Shown here piece by piece: positions 11,731 to 23,020 of a stretch of DNA of 64,000 nt (the stretch's first letter is position 1; every line of letters begins with the position of its first letter). This DNA comes from Rhabdochlamydiaceae bacterium (GTDB lineage: Bacteria; Chlamydiota; Chlamydiia; Chlamydiales; Rhabdochlamydiaceae). Both the position numbers and the translations under genes were made by a program. The stretch is from the NCBI GenBank assembly GCA_047459655.1, contig JAJREF010000005.1, forward strand, positions 256,001 through 320,000, written 5' to 3'. The notes beneath the pieces are model-generated. The model was not told the origin of the DNA, did no database searches, and was given only the letters and a program-made list of their open reading frames with translations.

Positions 11731-12458
11731 GCTTGAAATCAAGGTAGTCGCACGCAGTTAGGATGTATTTAATCCCCCTTATCTCTCCAAACAGTTTCTG
11801 ATCTTGCTTGATATTGTGCAGATGTCCAAAAACACAAATATCGACTTTAAATTCTTCTAAAATAGCGGAGGCTTTTGAAGGCTTTAAATTAGCTGAAATC
11901 GGGATAGTGAACCATCGCTATGCGTAGAGATGCAGACGGAGAGAGTTGTCTTAAGCTAAGTTTTAATCGTTCAAGTTCTCGATTGAAAATCTTTTCATCC
12001 TCGCCTGGAATGGCCGGCGCCTGAGGCTTTTTTCTGGGATTATCCTGGAAGTGGATGTATTCACGAAAAGAGTACTCATCTGAATCCCATAGCCTTGTTC
12101 CACCAATAGAGACATCGTGCCAATTATACACTGAATTGTGAATGAAATGAACAGAAGGGGGCATGATCTTTGCCATTTTGGCACCTGATGACCACCAGAA
12201 GTCGTGATTTCCTTTAAGAATAACTTTTGTGCCGGGAAGGGCATCTATCCAACTTAGATCGGCAGCGACTTGCTCTAGATAGAGAGCCCAGGAGATATCT
12301 CCAGCAATTAAGACAAGGTCTTCAGGTGCAATGAGAGAGGTCCAAGCAGCTTTTATTTTATCCATGTAGTCATCCCAAAGGGTCCCGAAAACATTCATGT
12401 TTTTTTCAGGGACTCCACATGCAAGATGAAGATCAGCAATCGCCCAAATTTTTTTCAT
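11705..12458 (-). CDS. Calcineurin-like metallophosphoesterase (frameshifted near 3' end)
   Basis: AIADLH, AGDIS, GNHD, HYP, then CVFGHLH in next frame. Confidence 0.88.
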
Positions 12459-12483
12459 AAGACCTCTTTTGAGCCTAAGGGTT

Positions 12484-13712
12484 CTATATTTCAAAGTTAT
12501 CGGGAAGGTCTGTTCCCGCAGAAACGATGATAATGCCATCACGGATATAAATACCATTGCCATCAAATTGCTGTAGTTTTTTTTTGTTGGTCAATTCGAC
12601 GTTATTTCCTATACGCACCTGCTCATCCACAATTGTATCTTTAATCACACAGTTTTTCCCTATGGAGAATTGTTGAGTAAGGGGATAAGCAGAATTTTCC
12701 ATGAGAATAGAGTTATAGATTTTTGTGCCTTTTTGGATCACTGAGCGTAGTCCGATGACGCTATTTTCGATCTCACTTGCCTCAATAATAGAGCCCTCAC
12801 CAATCAGTGAGGTTTTAATAAGGGTATTTTTAATGAAAGGGCTGGGCAGTTTTTGAAACCGGGTATAAATAGGATTTCTTTCATCGTACATATTGAGGCA
12901 GCACGAGCCACTTACAAGGTCAAGGTTAGCTTGATGGAAAGAGCCGATTGTCCCGATATCTACCCAATATCCTTCATATATATAGGCAAATGTTTTCCCT
13001 TTTTTAATTTGGAGAGGGATGAGATGGAGCCCAAAATCATCCCCCTTTTCCTTTAAAAGAGCAATGAGAGCTTCTCTTTTGAAGATATAAATTCCCATAG
13101 ATCCTAGAAAGTGGGGTTTCCCTTTTTGGGGCAAGGCAAAATTAGCAAGTGTATCCGGATCTTGGGGCTTTTCAAAAAATCGAGAATCTTGTGTGTTTTA
13201 TCCACTTTTAAAACACCCATCCTTTTTGCCTCTTTTTCTTCGACCATAATGGAAGCAATCATGAGGTCAGCATCTGTTTTTTTTGCATCTCGCAGGATGC
13301 TCTGAAAATCTATGTTATATACTTGATCTCCACATAGAATCATAAAGTAAGAGCAAGGGGTTTTGAGGATTTCTTCTAAGTTCTTCCTTACCGCATCTCC
13401 TGATCCTTCAAAACATGCCCGTGAAGTAGAAAGTGTCTCAGGAGCAAGTATCTTGATTTGGCTATTGCGGAAAACATCAAAGTAGTAGGAAGATCTTAAG
13501 TGATCTTGTAGATGGGGAACAAAATATTGAGAGATGACAAAAAGCTTGTTAATTCCTGCATTTAATGCATTAGAGACAGGGATATCGATGAGTTTAAATT
13601 TACCCCCAAACCCGACAGCAGGCTTACAGTGCGTTTGTGTAAGAGGAAACAGCCGGGTCCCTCGCCCACCAGCCAAAATGATACCGACCACTTCTTCTGG
13701 ATTGCTTTGCAT
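12484..13712 (-). CDS. glgC: Glucose-1-phosphate adenylyltransferase (frameshift near 13170)
   Basis: ILAGGRGTRLFPLT, KPAVGFGG, SMGIYIF, YWVDIGT, C-terminal beta-helix. Confidence 0.92.
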
Positions 13713-13799
13713 TAGCTCTACCTGAAATTACCATTACTTCTAAACTTAATGTTTATGTAATAAACTTTTTTTTATATGTAAATAGCAATTCCAGGTTCT

Positions 13800-14771
13800 T
13801 CAGGAGGTAGTTACAAAATTCAGGGAAATCACTTCTCCAGCATTGTAGCTAGAGCGGACAAAAGGACCGCAATACATCTGAGGGACTCCTATAGAGAGAC
13901 CATACTCTTCATAAGCTTTGAATTGTTCTGGGGCTATAAAGGCTTTGACGGGAATACGCTGCCGGCTGGCCTGCAGGTAATGACCGATCGTAATGATGCT
14001 GCATCCGGCTTGATGAAGATCTCGGATGGTTTCTTCAACTTGTTCTTTTGTTTCTCCTGAATCCCACCATGATCCCTGACTTAATAAACGTAATTTTCTT
14101 AGAAGCTGTCACGTATTGGAGAAGGGATAAGGTACGATCATAGGTTGCTTTATGGCGAATACGGGGGAAAGGGCTCGCACGGTTTCGATGTTATGGTTGA
14201 AGACTTCTGGGTGTTCATCTAACACGAGATCAAGAGCTCCAAAGTTGCCATGGAAGTCTGAGGTCAATACTTCAATTGTACAATTAGGATTTTCTTGCCT
14301 TGTTTTTCGGATAATCTGTGCAAGGTGGGTAGCTCCTCCGTCGGGAAGATCATCTCTTGCCACCATGGTGATCACCACGTGGGAAAGGCCGAGTTCTTTG
14401 ACGGTGTAGGCAATCCGTTCTGGCTCATCGACTTCTGGCGCTTTTGGTTGTTTAGAAAAGTCGATATCGCAAAAGCTACAGCTCCGCGTGCACTCTTTCC
14501 CTAGAGCTAGAAAAGTAGCTGTTTTTTTCGAATAACACTCAAAACGATTCGGGCATTTCGATTCTTCACACACAGTGTTAAGGCGGTATTTTTTTAAAAT
14601 TGAGTTGGTCTTAAAAAAGCCCCCTTTTGGTAGCTTCCTGTGGAGCCACGAAGGAAATCTTCCTTGGGCTGTGCTATCGTTTAAAGGGATGTTTTCAGGG
14701 TTAGGTGGCAGGTTGTTGAGAATTTTTAACTTCACCTTAGGCCTTGCATCGAACACATCTTCTTTATACAT
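13800..14771 (-). CDS. lipA: Lipoyl synthase (frameshifted)
   Basis: CEESKCPNRFEC, CTRSCSFC, FNHNIETV, C-terminal VRSSYNA. Confidence 0.93.
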
Positions 14772-14772
14772 C

Positions 14773-16179
14773 TTAGGTCCTTTTGATTTTAGGAGGGAAG
14801 TGGATAGGGGTCTCATTCGAGATGAGAGCTGCTTCTAGCCAAGCTTCAGCCAGCGTTGGGTGTGCATGGATTGTATCTGTTACACACTCTAACGTGAGTT
14901 CATTGCTAATCGCAAGGGCCATTTCAGCAATGAGGACAGAGGCTTCAGAGCCGATTACCTGTGCACCTAAAATCTGGTGGGTTTTTTTATCGATGATAAC
15001 TTGTGCAAACCCTCCTGTCTCTATGGAGGCAATAGATTTGCCCAGCGCCTGGAAAGGAAATTTTCCTACGGAAGCATTATACCCAGCCTCTAGTGCTTGT
15101 TCAAGCGTTAGTCCTACAGTAGCTATTTCAGGGTTTGTAAAAATAACTGCAGGAACCGCATTATAATGCATGCTTGCTTCTTCACCACAAGCATTGGCAG
15201 CTGCTACAAGCCCTTGGTGGGAGGCAACGTGTGCAAGCATTGCTTTCCCTGTCACATCGCCGATGGCATAAATGCCAGGAACGTTGGTTTCCATCCGCTC
15301 ATTCACCAGGATCGGACCTTTATCAGAGACAAGCACCCCTGCTTTTTCTAGACCTAAGTTTTTTGAGACAATCTTGCGGCCTACAGAAACAAGCACGGCA
15401 TCACAAGCAACCGCTGTGCCATCTTTGAGGAGTACAGAAACGGTAGAGGAAGAAGTGTCAACACTCTCAACAAAAACATTTGTGCGAATCTCGATTCCTT
15501 GTTTTTTGAAAGCAGCCGTCAAATGATCAGAAATTGCTTTTCCCTGGAGTGCTACAATCGATGGAAGAGCTTCTAAGATGATTACTTTAACGCCGAGCTC
15601 TGCATACAAAGACGCAAATTCACAGCCGATGTACCCTCCACCGATGATTACAAGTGTTTTAGGAAGCGTTGTTAGCTCAAGGATCGAAGTCGAGTTGAGC
15701 ACTTTTTTGTGATCACAGGGAAAAGTGGGAACGTCGAGGGGCTCAGAGCCGGTAGCGATGATGATTTTTTCTGCTTGGATGATACAATTATGCTCCCCTT
15801 TTACTTTCAGTTCTTTAGGAGAGGTGAATTCAGCAGCGCCTCTAAAAATAGTAATTCCATTCGATTGGATCAGGCCCTCTAAACTTTTACGGATCGATTG
15901 AAGTACATTATCTTTGCGCGTTTTCATATGCGCAAAATCAAAAGAAACAGGCCCTGTTGTGATTCCAAAGTCTGCAGCATGTTTTACTTTATTCAGCACG
16001 AGCGCATTCGAAAGCAGCGTTTTTGTGGGTATGCATCCAACATTTAGGCATGTTCCTCCCAAGGGACCTTTATCGATTAAGGCTACTTTTTTCCCTTGCT
16101 GTGCAGCTTTAATCGCTGCTACATAACCGCCTGGGCCGGCACCGATGATCGCAGTATCGAAAGTTTCTTGTGTTGTCAT
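14773..16179 (-). CDS. lpdA: Dihydrolipoyl dehydrogenase
   Basis: GAGPGGYVAA, GGTCLNVGCIP, HAHPTLAE. Confidence 0.96.
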   Translation of the reverse strand: MTTQETFDTAIIGAGPGGYVAAIKAAQQGKKVALIDKGPLGGTCLNVGCIPTKTLLSNALVLNKVKHAADFGITTGPVSFDFAHMKTRKDNVLQSIRKSLEGLIQSNGITIFRGAAEFTSPKELKVKGEHNCIIQAEKIIIATGSEPLDVPTFPCDHKKVLNSTSILELTTLPKTLVIIGGGYIGCEFASLYAELGVKVIILEALPSIVALQGKAISDHLTAAFKKQGIEIRTNVFVESVDTSSSTVSVLLKDGTAVACDAVLVSVGRKIVSKNLGLEKAGVLVSDKGPILVNERMETNVPGIYAIGDVTGKAMLAHVASHQGLVAAANACGEEASMHYNAVPAVIFTNPEIATVGLTLEQALEAGYNASVGKFPFQALGKSIASIETGGFAQVIIDKKTHQILGAQVIGSEASVLIAEMALAISNELTLECVTDTIHAHPTLAEAWLEAALISNETPIHFPPKIKRT

Positions 16180-16280
16180 GCGTGTAAAAATCCTTTTTAA
16201 AACTATTTACTACAAATTGTATCAAAGATAAGGAAAAAAAACAGGATAAGTTTTATGATCGGCTTGAAAAAGGGGTTTAT

Positions 16281-16774
16281 ATGAAAGCTGTAGATCGTCA
16301 AAGAGGGTGTCCTAACTGTAGTGGGAAAATTCCTGCAGATATTGGACAGTGTCCACATTGCTTTGCTCAAGTCCCGTTAGAGGCTCTTGCTGCCAAGACC
16401 CCTCTTCTCTACAGGAGAGTTTTAATTCTCGGTACGCTCCTCCCTATCAACCAAAAAGTAGTTTGACATCCAATTTTTTAGTTAACGAAGAGAAAAAGTT
16501 TTTTGGAGCAGCTACTGAAAAAAGTGATGAATTGCCACACAGAGAACAAGCCTCTTCTAAAGAGGATGAGCAAGAAAAAGAGTTAAACAAGAGCTTTTGG
16601 CCTATTTTTGCCCTCAGTGTTGCTGGTAATCTGTTTGTTTTGGGAGTTTTACAATTTTTTTTCTCAGACAGCGGTGTTGTGAAACTCGAAATGAATGCAG
16701 AATATTGGTTTCTTTTTCTTCTTGTTTCAGCTCCTCTTTTTTACTTTGGCATCAAAAAATTGCAAGATATCTAA
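16281..16774 (+). CDS. Zn-ribbon membrane protein (frameshifted)
   Basis: CPNC...CPHC N-terminus, two C-terminal TM segments in another frame. Confidence 0.65.
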
Positions 16775-16813
16775 ACAATCTCTTGCCATTTCCATGCACA
16801 GGTCAGCAGATGG

Positions 16814-17071
16814 TTACAAGATGGTGCATTCGTAGTTTCTCGTGTGGGGAATAGGACTTTCTTTCTCAATAATAAAGGTGTCAAGAAGATCAAAAAAATA
16901 GGTCGAAACAGCTATATTTTGTAGGCCAAGGGCCTCTCCTTGTGGCATTTGCGCAGTCCGTATTCTTTCCACAGCTCTCGTGCTTGTTGTTTCTCCTGGA
17001 GTTGTTAACAAAACGCGTTTTATTAGTGCAAGATCGTCCCTTGATTTGATCACAAGTGGGGATGTTCTCAA
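16814..17071 (-). CDS. Hypothetical protein
   Basis: 85-aa ORF overlapping the stop of the upstream ORF; ends in CTIL. Confidence 0.4.
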   Translation of the reverse strand: MRTSPLVIKSRDDLALIKRVLLTTPGETTSTRAVERIRTAQMPQGEALGLQNIAVSTYFFDLLDTFIIEKESPIPHTRNYECTIL

Positions 17072-17373
17072 AAAATGTGTAGCGCTTTAGCGCCTTCCAA
17101 AGTGAGGTCATAGGTATCACGAACTCTACCAAACAGGATAGCTGGATCGGGCAGGTCTCTTTGAAGCTTTTGCCAATAATTATCCACTACTTTTTGTGTT
17201 TCTTCCCCTAGCATTTGTAAGATTAAGCTTTTTTCTTCTGCGGTGGTTAATAAGGGATGTTCTTTAACATAAAGAGCTACCCAAATAGCAGCATGTCTTA
17301 GTACATCTGGAGCTTTTCCAGATGTAGAATGGGTTACAGATCCAAAATGAGCTCTATGAACAGGTTCTGCCAT
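17068..17373 (-). CDS. Hypothetical protein
   Basis: MAEPVHRAHF... with GGAG RBS upstream. Confidence 0.5.
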   Translation of the reverse strand: MAEPVHRAHFGSVTHSTSGKAPDVLRHAAIWVALYVKEHPLLTTAEEKSLILQMLGEETQKVVDNYWQKLQRDLPDPAILFGRVRDTYDLTLEGAKALHIF

Positions 17374-18133
17374 AATAGTTCTCCATATTTTTTGCGAATG
17401 GTATAAGTTTTTCTGCGACAGCAAGATGCTCGGGTAGGTCGATTCCCAATACTTCGTATTTAGTCTCATGAACTCTGATCTTCAGGCCATGGTACAGAAA
17501 GGAGAGCTGCTCTAGCATTTCTGCTTGTTCCAGATGAGATGAGGGGAGGGTGTGAAGCTTTTCTAGAGCATCTCCTGTGAAGGCGTAGATGCCGACATGT
17601 TTGAAATAGACTTGCTGATTTTTTACCAGCACATCTCGATGAAAAGGGATGGGGCTTCTAGAAAAGTAGAGCGCAAAACCTTCATGATCACAGACAATTT
17701 TTGCGATATGAGGGGAGAGGATTTCTTCCTCATTTACACACCTTTTTTTTAATGTCCATATGCCGGCGCTGTCTTGCTGAGCAGATTGCAGGAGATCCTG
17801 GATCATTGTCTTGTGGATGAAAGGTTCATCTCCTTGCCAGTTCACAAAGATATCTCCATCGATTAAGCCTTTTGTTTTAAGTTCGACAAGGCGCGCTGTT
17901 CCTGAAATGCAATCAGGAGATGTCATGAGGGCCTCTCCTCCAAAAGAGCGAACGATATCTGCTGTTTCTTTAGCATCAACGGCAATGACTACAGAATCAA
18001 AGAGAGAAACTTCTCGGGCTGCTTCCCACACTCTTTGGATTAGAGGTTTTCCTCCAAGCATTGCCAAGATCTTTCTCGGGAAACGGGAGGAGTGCAATCT
18101 TGCAGGAATCACACAAACAATTTTTTTTGTCAT
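17354..18133 (-). CDS. kdsB: 3-deoxy-manno-octulosonate cytidylyltransferase (in frame with rfbB in this assembly)
   Basis: VIPARLHSSRFPRKIL, SGTAR, NWQGDEP, ALYFSRSPIP, HVGIY, EMLEQL. Confidence 0.93.
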   Translation of the reverse strand: MTKKIVCVIPARLHSSRFPRKILAMLGGKPLIQRVWEAAREVSLFDSVVIAVDAKETADIVRSFGGEALMTSPDCISGTARLVELKTKGLIDGDIFVNWQGDEPFIHKTMIQDLLQSAQQDSAGIWTLKKRCVNEEEILSPHIAKIVCDHEGFALYFSRSPIPFHRDVLVKNQQVYFKHVGIYAFTGDALEKLHTLPSSHLEQAEMLEQLSFLYHGLKIRVHETKYEVLGIDLPEHLAVAEKLIPFAKNMENYYGRTCS

Positions 18134-19126
18134 AGGGTTTCCAAGAGTGAGTGTCTGATCAATGTACCAGGCAACTGTTTTACGTAGCCCTTCGGAGCAA
18201 GAGTGAGTTTGTGTCCAGCCAAGTTCTTTTTTAATTTTGTCACAGTTAATCGCATAGCGAAAATCATGTCCTGCCCTGTCTGTTACAAATGTGATCAGAG
18301 AAGAAAAAGTAGAGAGAGGCTCTCTTGTAAGATCTGCAACATGTGCGATGATTTCATGTAGAAGATCGATATTTCTTTTTTCACATTCCCCGCCGATATC
18401 ATAAGTTTCTCCAGAGAATCCTTTATCTAAAATCATCCATACCGCTTCTGCATGGTCATCTACATATATCCAATCTCTTACGTTTGTACCCTTCCCATAA
18501 ACAGGGAGGGGTTTTCTGTCGAGGCAGTTTAAAATCATACGGGGAATAAATTTTTCGTCGTATTGATGCGGCCCATAATTATTTGTGCAGTGCGATATTG
18601 TAATAGAAAGCCCAAAAGTGTGCGCCCATGCTCTGACCAAGTGATCGCTGGCCGCTTTAGAGGCTGCGTAAGGAGAATTAGGCCTATATAGAGAGTTTTC
18701 GTTAAACGCGCCCGCGCTTAGTGATCCATACACTTCATCTGTTGAGATATGGTGGAAATGGATATGAGGCAATTTTTTTACCACTTCTAAAAGGGAGAAT
18801 GTTCCATAGATATTGGTATCTAAAAATGTCTGGGGTGATTCAATGCTCCGATCGACATGGCTCTCTGCTGCACAGTGGATGATGGCGTCAATTTGGTGCT
18901 CCTTGCACAATCTTTCCACAAGTGAGGTATTACGAATATCTCCATGTACGAAGATGTATCTTGGGTCGTTTGCAATAGAAGAAAGGTTGTTGAGGTTGGC
19001 TGCGTAGGTTAGAGCGTCGAGGTTCACTATTTTGACGAGGTCTTGCAATTCTGTAAGTCCATAGCGGATTAATGCCGACCCAATAAATCCAGCACCACCG
19101 GTGACAATTAGATTTTTATAGCGCAT
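18130..19126 (-). CDS. rfbB: dTDP-glucose 4,6-dehydratase
   Basis: TGGAGFIGS, DALTYA, AAESHVDRSI, STDEVYG, PNSPYAASK, GHDFRY. Confidence 0.94.
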
Positions 19127-19978
19127 AAATATTCCTCTAAAGCGTTTGTCCATTTTCTTGGGAAACACCCAATATCAACTCTATTTTTTTTGTATCGAGG
19201 ACAGAGTAGGAAGGTCGTTTTGCAGGTGTTGGGAAAGTGTCAGATAATACAGGAACAATCTCTCTGCAAGCAAGAGGGATGTGTAATCCAAGCGCTTTTT
19301 CATGGATCTCCTGCGCGATTTCAAAACGAGAAGCCTCCCCTGCATTGGCAAAGTGGTAGATGCCTGAATGGTTCAGTAGCTCGAGTATAGTGGTTGCAAG
19401 ATCTTCGACAAAGGTGGGTCTACCCCTCTGGTCAGAAATCACTTTTACCAGAACGGCTTCTTGCATTTTTTGAAAGATAGAAGAGATGAAATTTTTCCCT
19501 CCTTTTCCAAAAACCCACGAGGAGCGAAGAATACAGGCTGAAGGGTAAACCTCTAAAAGATTGTTTTCCCCTTCATATTTTGCCCGTGCGTAAGACATTG
19601 TCAATAGGGCTACAGGCATCTAATTCTGTGTAAGGTCTTTGGAGGCTCCCATCAAAAACGTAATCGGTAGAAAGGTGGATAATCTTTACTTGGAGCTCTT
19701 GTGCAATGATCCCTACATTTTTGGGGCCTGTTGCATTGATTAAAAAAGCTGCTGTAGGATTTTTTTCTGCCTGGTCTACATCGGTAAAGGCAGCGCAGTT
19801 AATGATGTGCGTTACGCCTTGGCACGCAAGGGAGCGGGAGAATGTCCTGAGGTGTTCAAAATCTGCAATATCGGCTTCTTCCCTTTTTTGTGCCTACGAA
19901 GTCGATTCCTTTTTTTTTGCAGATTATGCACAGAGTTGACCCAAGAAATCCCTTGGCTCCAATGATCCAGAGTTTCAT
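19108..19978 (-). CDS. rfbD: dTDP-4-dehydrorhamnose reductase (several frameshifts)
   Basis: MKLWIIGAKGFLG, INCAAFTDVD, HLSTDYVF, DQRGRPT, AKRPSYSVLD. Confidence 0.88.
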
Positions 19979-20514
19979 ATGCAAGCTCCTGCAGCAAATA
20001 AGGGAGCATTTTGATCACGGAGTGAAAGGATAGGAGTTTTTGTAGGCCACTTGATTGCAAAAGCAGGATCATCGAAACGGAAAGTTTTTTCCGTGGTTGG
20101 ATTGTAAAGAGAGCTGACCTTGTAATGGACAAGTGCATCTTCGATGACATAAAATCCATGGGCAAATCCTGAAGGGATGAAAAATTGTTCATGGCTGTTT
20201 GCATCTAAATAAACCCCTTCCCACTTTCCAAATGTCGGAGAGTTTGTGCGGATATCTACTGCGACATCAAAAATTTTCCCTTGGATGACAGAGACTAATT
20301 TTGCTTGACCAGGGAAGCTTTGAAAGTGCATCCCTCTCAAGACTCCTTGTTTAGAAAAAGAAAAATTATCTTGGGGAAACAAATCACCGATCCCATTTCC
20401 TTTGTAGAGGTCTTGTCGATAAAATTCTTTAAAAAACCCTCGCTCATCTTGGATGGGTTTGAGTCTAATTAGTTTTAAATCAGGAATTGAAAGATTAATA
20501 ATTTCCATTGCCAT
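19975..20514 (-). CDS. rfbC: dTDP-4-dehydrorhamnose 3,5-epimerase
   Basis: DERGFF, QDN.S.S..GVLRGMHFQ, DVAVDIR, GFAHGF. Confidence 0.94.
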   Translation of the reverse strand: MAMEIINLSIPDLKLIRLKPIQDERGFFKEFYRQDLYKGNGIGDLFPQDNFSFSKQGVLRGMHFQSFPGQAKLVSVIQGKIFDVAVDIRTNSPTFGKWEGVYLDANSHEQFFIPSGFAHGFYVIEDALVHYKVSSLYNPTTEKTFRFDDPAFAIKWPTKTPILSLRDQNAPLFAAGACI

Positions 20515-20613
20515 CCATTTGTGTTATTGCACCATAATAATTCAAACTTGCCTTTTTTTGAAGAATTCGTTTATGTTTGCCTCTATTGTTTGAAAAAAAG
20601 CATTTTTGCTAAA

Positions 20614-20746
20614 GAGGCTGTCTAATAATATTTTGAGCTTTTTTGCTAGGGGTAATATCCACTAGATATGTAATCCTCGCAAAAAAGCCCAAAATGGGCC
20701 AAAACAATCACAAAAATCGACGAAACCTTATCATCTGGATAGGTTC
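20614..20746. repeat. MITE family E copy (opposite orientation to 34587-34722)
   Basis: ...CAAAAATCGACGAAACCTTATCATCTGGATAGGTTC and GGGGTAATATCCACT match the reverse complement of the 34587 copy. Confidence 0.72.
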
Positions 20747-20761
20747 AAGGAAAGAATAGGC

Positions 20762-21940
20762 ATGCATATCATAAGAAATTTTGGTCATGTTGTAGGCGGC
20801 TCTTTATTGATCGCTGCGACAACTATTGGGGTTGGGATGCTCGCTCTTCCTCTAGCGACAGGAGGTGGGGGCTTTTTGCCTGCTACGTTGATTTATCTAC
20901 TGACCTGGTTTTTTATGTTATGCACAGGGCTCCTTTTACTAGAAGTCTGCACATGGATGCCGAAAGATGCCAATTTGATCACGATGACCCATCGTCTTCT
21001 AGGTCCTATAGGGCAATCGATTTGCTGGGTTGTCTACTTATTTCTTTTTTTAACAGCCATGATCGCCCACGTATCCGGGGCGGAGAAACCATCACCTCCA
21101 TCATCGGAGGAGGGATTCCTAGCTGGGCTGCTATGATCATCTACGTGCTTATTTTTTCACCGGTTGTTTATTTAGGCACACGTTCTGTCGATCGTTTTAA
21201 TCTAATTTTAATGATAGGCGTTCTTGTTTCTTATGGTCTTTTTATTTTCACTTCAGCAAAAAGTGTCCAAGGTAGTTTGCTAACTTATATAGACTGGAAA
21301 AGGGCTTGGCCTGCTCTTCCTGTTCTTTTCACGGCATTTACCTATCAGCTGATCATTCCAACACTCATGACTTACATGGATAGAAACGTGAAAAAAGTTC
21401 GTCTTTCCATTATATATGGGACTGTTATTCCACTTGTTGTGTATGTGGTTTGGGAGCTCCTCATTCTAGGAACTGTTCCTGTTGATCGGTTAATCTTAGG
21501 GGAGGCAAGGGGGAGATAGCTACCGTTCCTCTCAGGGAGATTCTTGATAACCCAATTGTTTTTAAAATCGGTAGTTGGTTTGCATTTTTTGTTTTAACGA
21601 CATCTTATATCGCCCTTGCTCTTGCTTTCGTTGATTTTTTAGCAGATGGGCTTAAAATTAAGAAAGAGGGCTTCAAAAATTTGGCCTTTGCTTAATTGTG
21701 TTTGTTCCTGCAACCATCACAGCGCTTGTTTATCCAGGATTGTTTATCACAGCTCTCCGTTATGCGGGAGGGATTAGCTGCGCTCTCTTATTTGGGTTAT
21801 TGCCACCTTTGATGGTGTGGGTTGGTAGATATGTTAAAAAATATCAAAAAGAACATCATCAACTGCCAGGAGGAAAGATTGTTCTTGCGATGATCATCCT
21901 GTTTGTAGTTATTGAAATGGTATTCCAGGTTGTGCTCTAA
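20762..21940 (+). CDS. Aromatic amino acid permease (TyrP/Mtr family), frameshifted
   Basis: [19 protein letters not shown]; multi-TM spread over several frames. Confidence 0.85.
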
Positions 21941-21946
21941 AAAACT

Positions 21947-22922
21947 ATGGCAAAAAAAGAGTTCTAGTCACAGGAGGAGCTGGATTTTTAGGCTCCCATC
22001 TGTGTGGAAGGTTGCTCAGGCAGGAGTGTGAAGTCCTTTGCATTGACAATTTTTTCACGGGGTCTAAAAATAATCTCCTTCCCTTTCTTGATAATCCCTT
22101 TTTGAGCTTATTCGCCATGATGTCTGTCAACCTCTGCATGTTGAGGTTGACGAAATTTATAACCTTGCTTGCCCTGCTTCCCCCATTCACTACCAGTTTG
22201 ATCCCGTGCAGACAACTAAAACGAGCATCCACGGCGCCATCAACATGCTCACACTTGCAAAAGAACTTAAAGACGTGAAAATTTTTCAGGCTTCCACAAG
22301 TGAAGTCTACGGAGATCCTGAGCAGCATCCACAAAAAGAGAGCTACTGGGGGAATGTCAATCCCACTGGCCTTAGGTCATGTTATGACGAGAGTAAGCGT
22401 TGCGCAGAAACTCTCTTTTTTGATTACAAAAGGCAGTATGGAATTCCGATCAAAGTGGCTCGTATCTTTAATACTTACGGCCCCAACATGCACCCTAGTG
22501 ATGGAAGGGTTGTCTCTAACTTTATTGTGCAAGCCCTCCAAGGAGAGCCGATCACTATTTATGGAGATGGATCTCAGACAAGATCTTTTTGCTATGTAGA
22601 CGACTTGATCGATGCCTTTCTTCTTCTCATGGGAACTGACTCATCTGTGACAGGCCCTATGAATTTAGGTAATCCTGTAGAATTCCGTATGCTTGAGCTT
22701 GCAGAGCTTGTTTTAAAACTCACAGGATCTTCTTCTCAGCTTATCTTCAAACCTCTACCAAGTGATGATCCTAAACAAAGGCGCCCTGACATTACACTTG
22801 CTCAAACCACTCTCAACTGGCAGCCTAAAATTTCTCTAGAAGAAGGACTTTCTAGAACGATTCAGTATTTTATACCATTCGCGAAAAACAAAGACACATT
22901 TGAGCGCGTCAAAAGTTCTTAA
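21947..22922 (+). CDS. UDP-glucuronate decarboxylase (UDP-xylose synthase)-like SDR, frameshifted
   Basis: [49 protein letters not shown]. Confidence 0.9.
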
Positions 22923-23020
22923 GGATCGTAATACCATTTTACAAGTTTTCAAACAGCACGTTCACATATCCCCGACGAAAGCGGGGGTATGTGAAGTTAG
23001 ACCTCTTGCGTATTAAGGGT
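22871..23020. repeat. Mosaic of MITE fragments (family A end, hairpin, family F end)
   Basis: TATACCATTCGCGAAAAACAAAGACACATTTGAGCGCGTCAAA; hairpin TTCACATATCCCCG...CGGGGGTATGTGAA; TAGACCTCTTGCGTATTAAGG. Confidence 0.7.
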
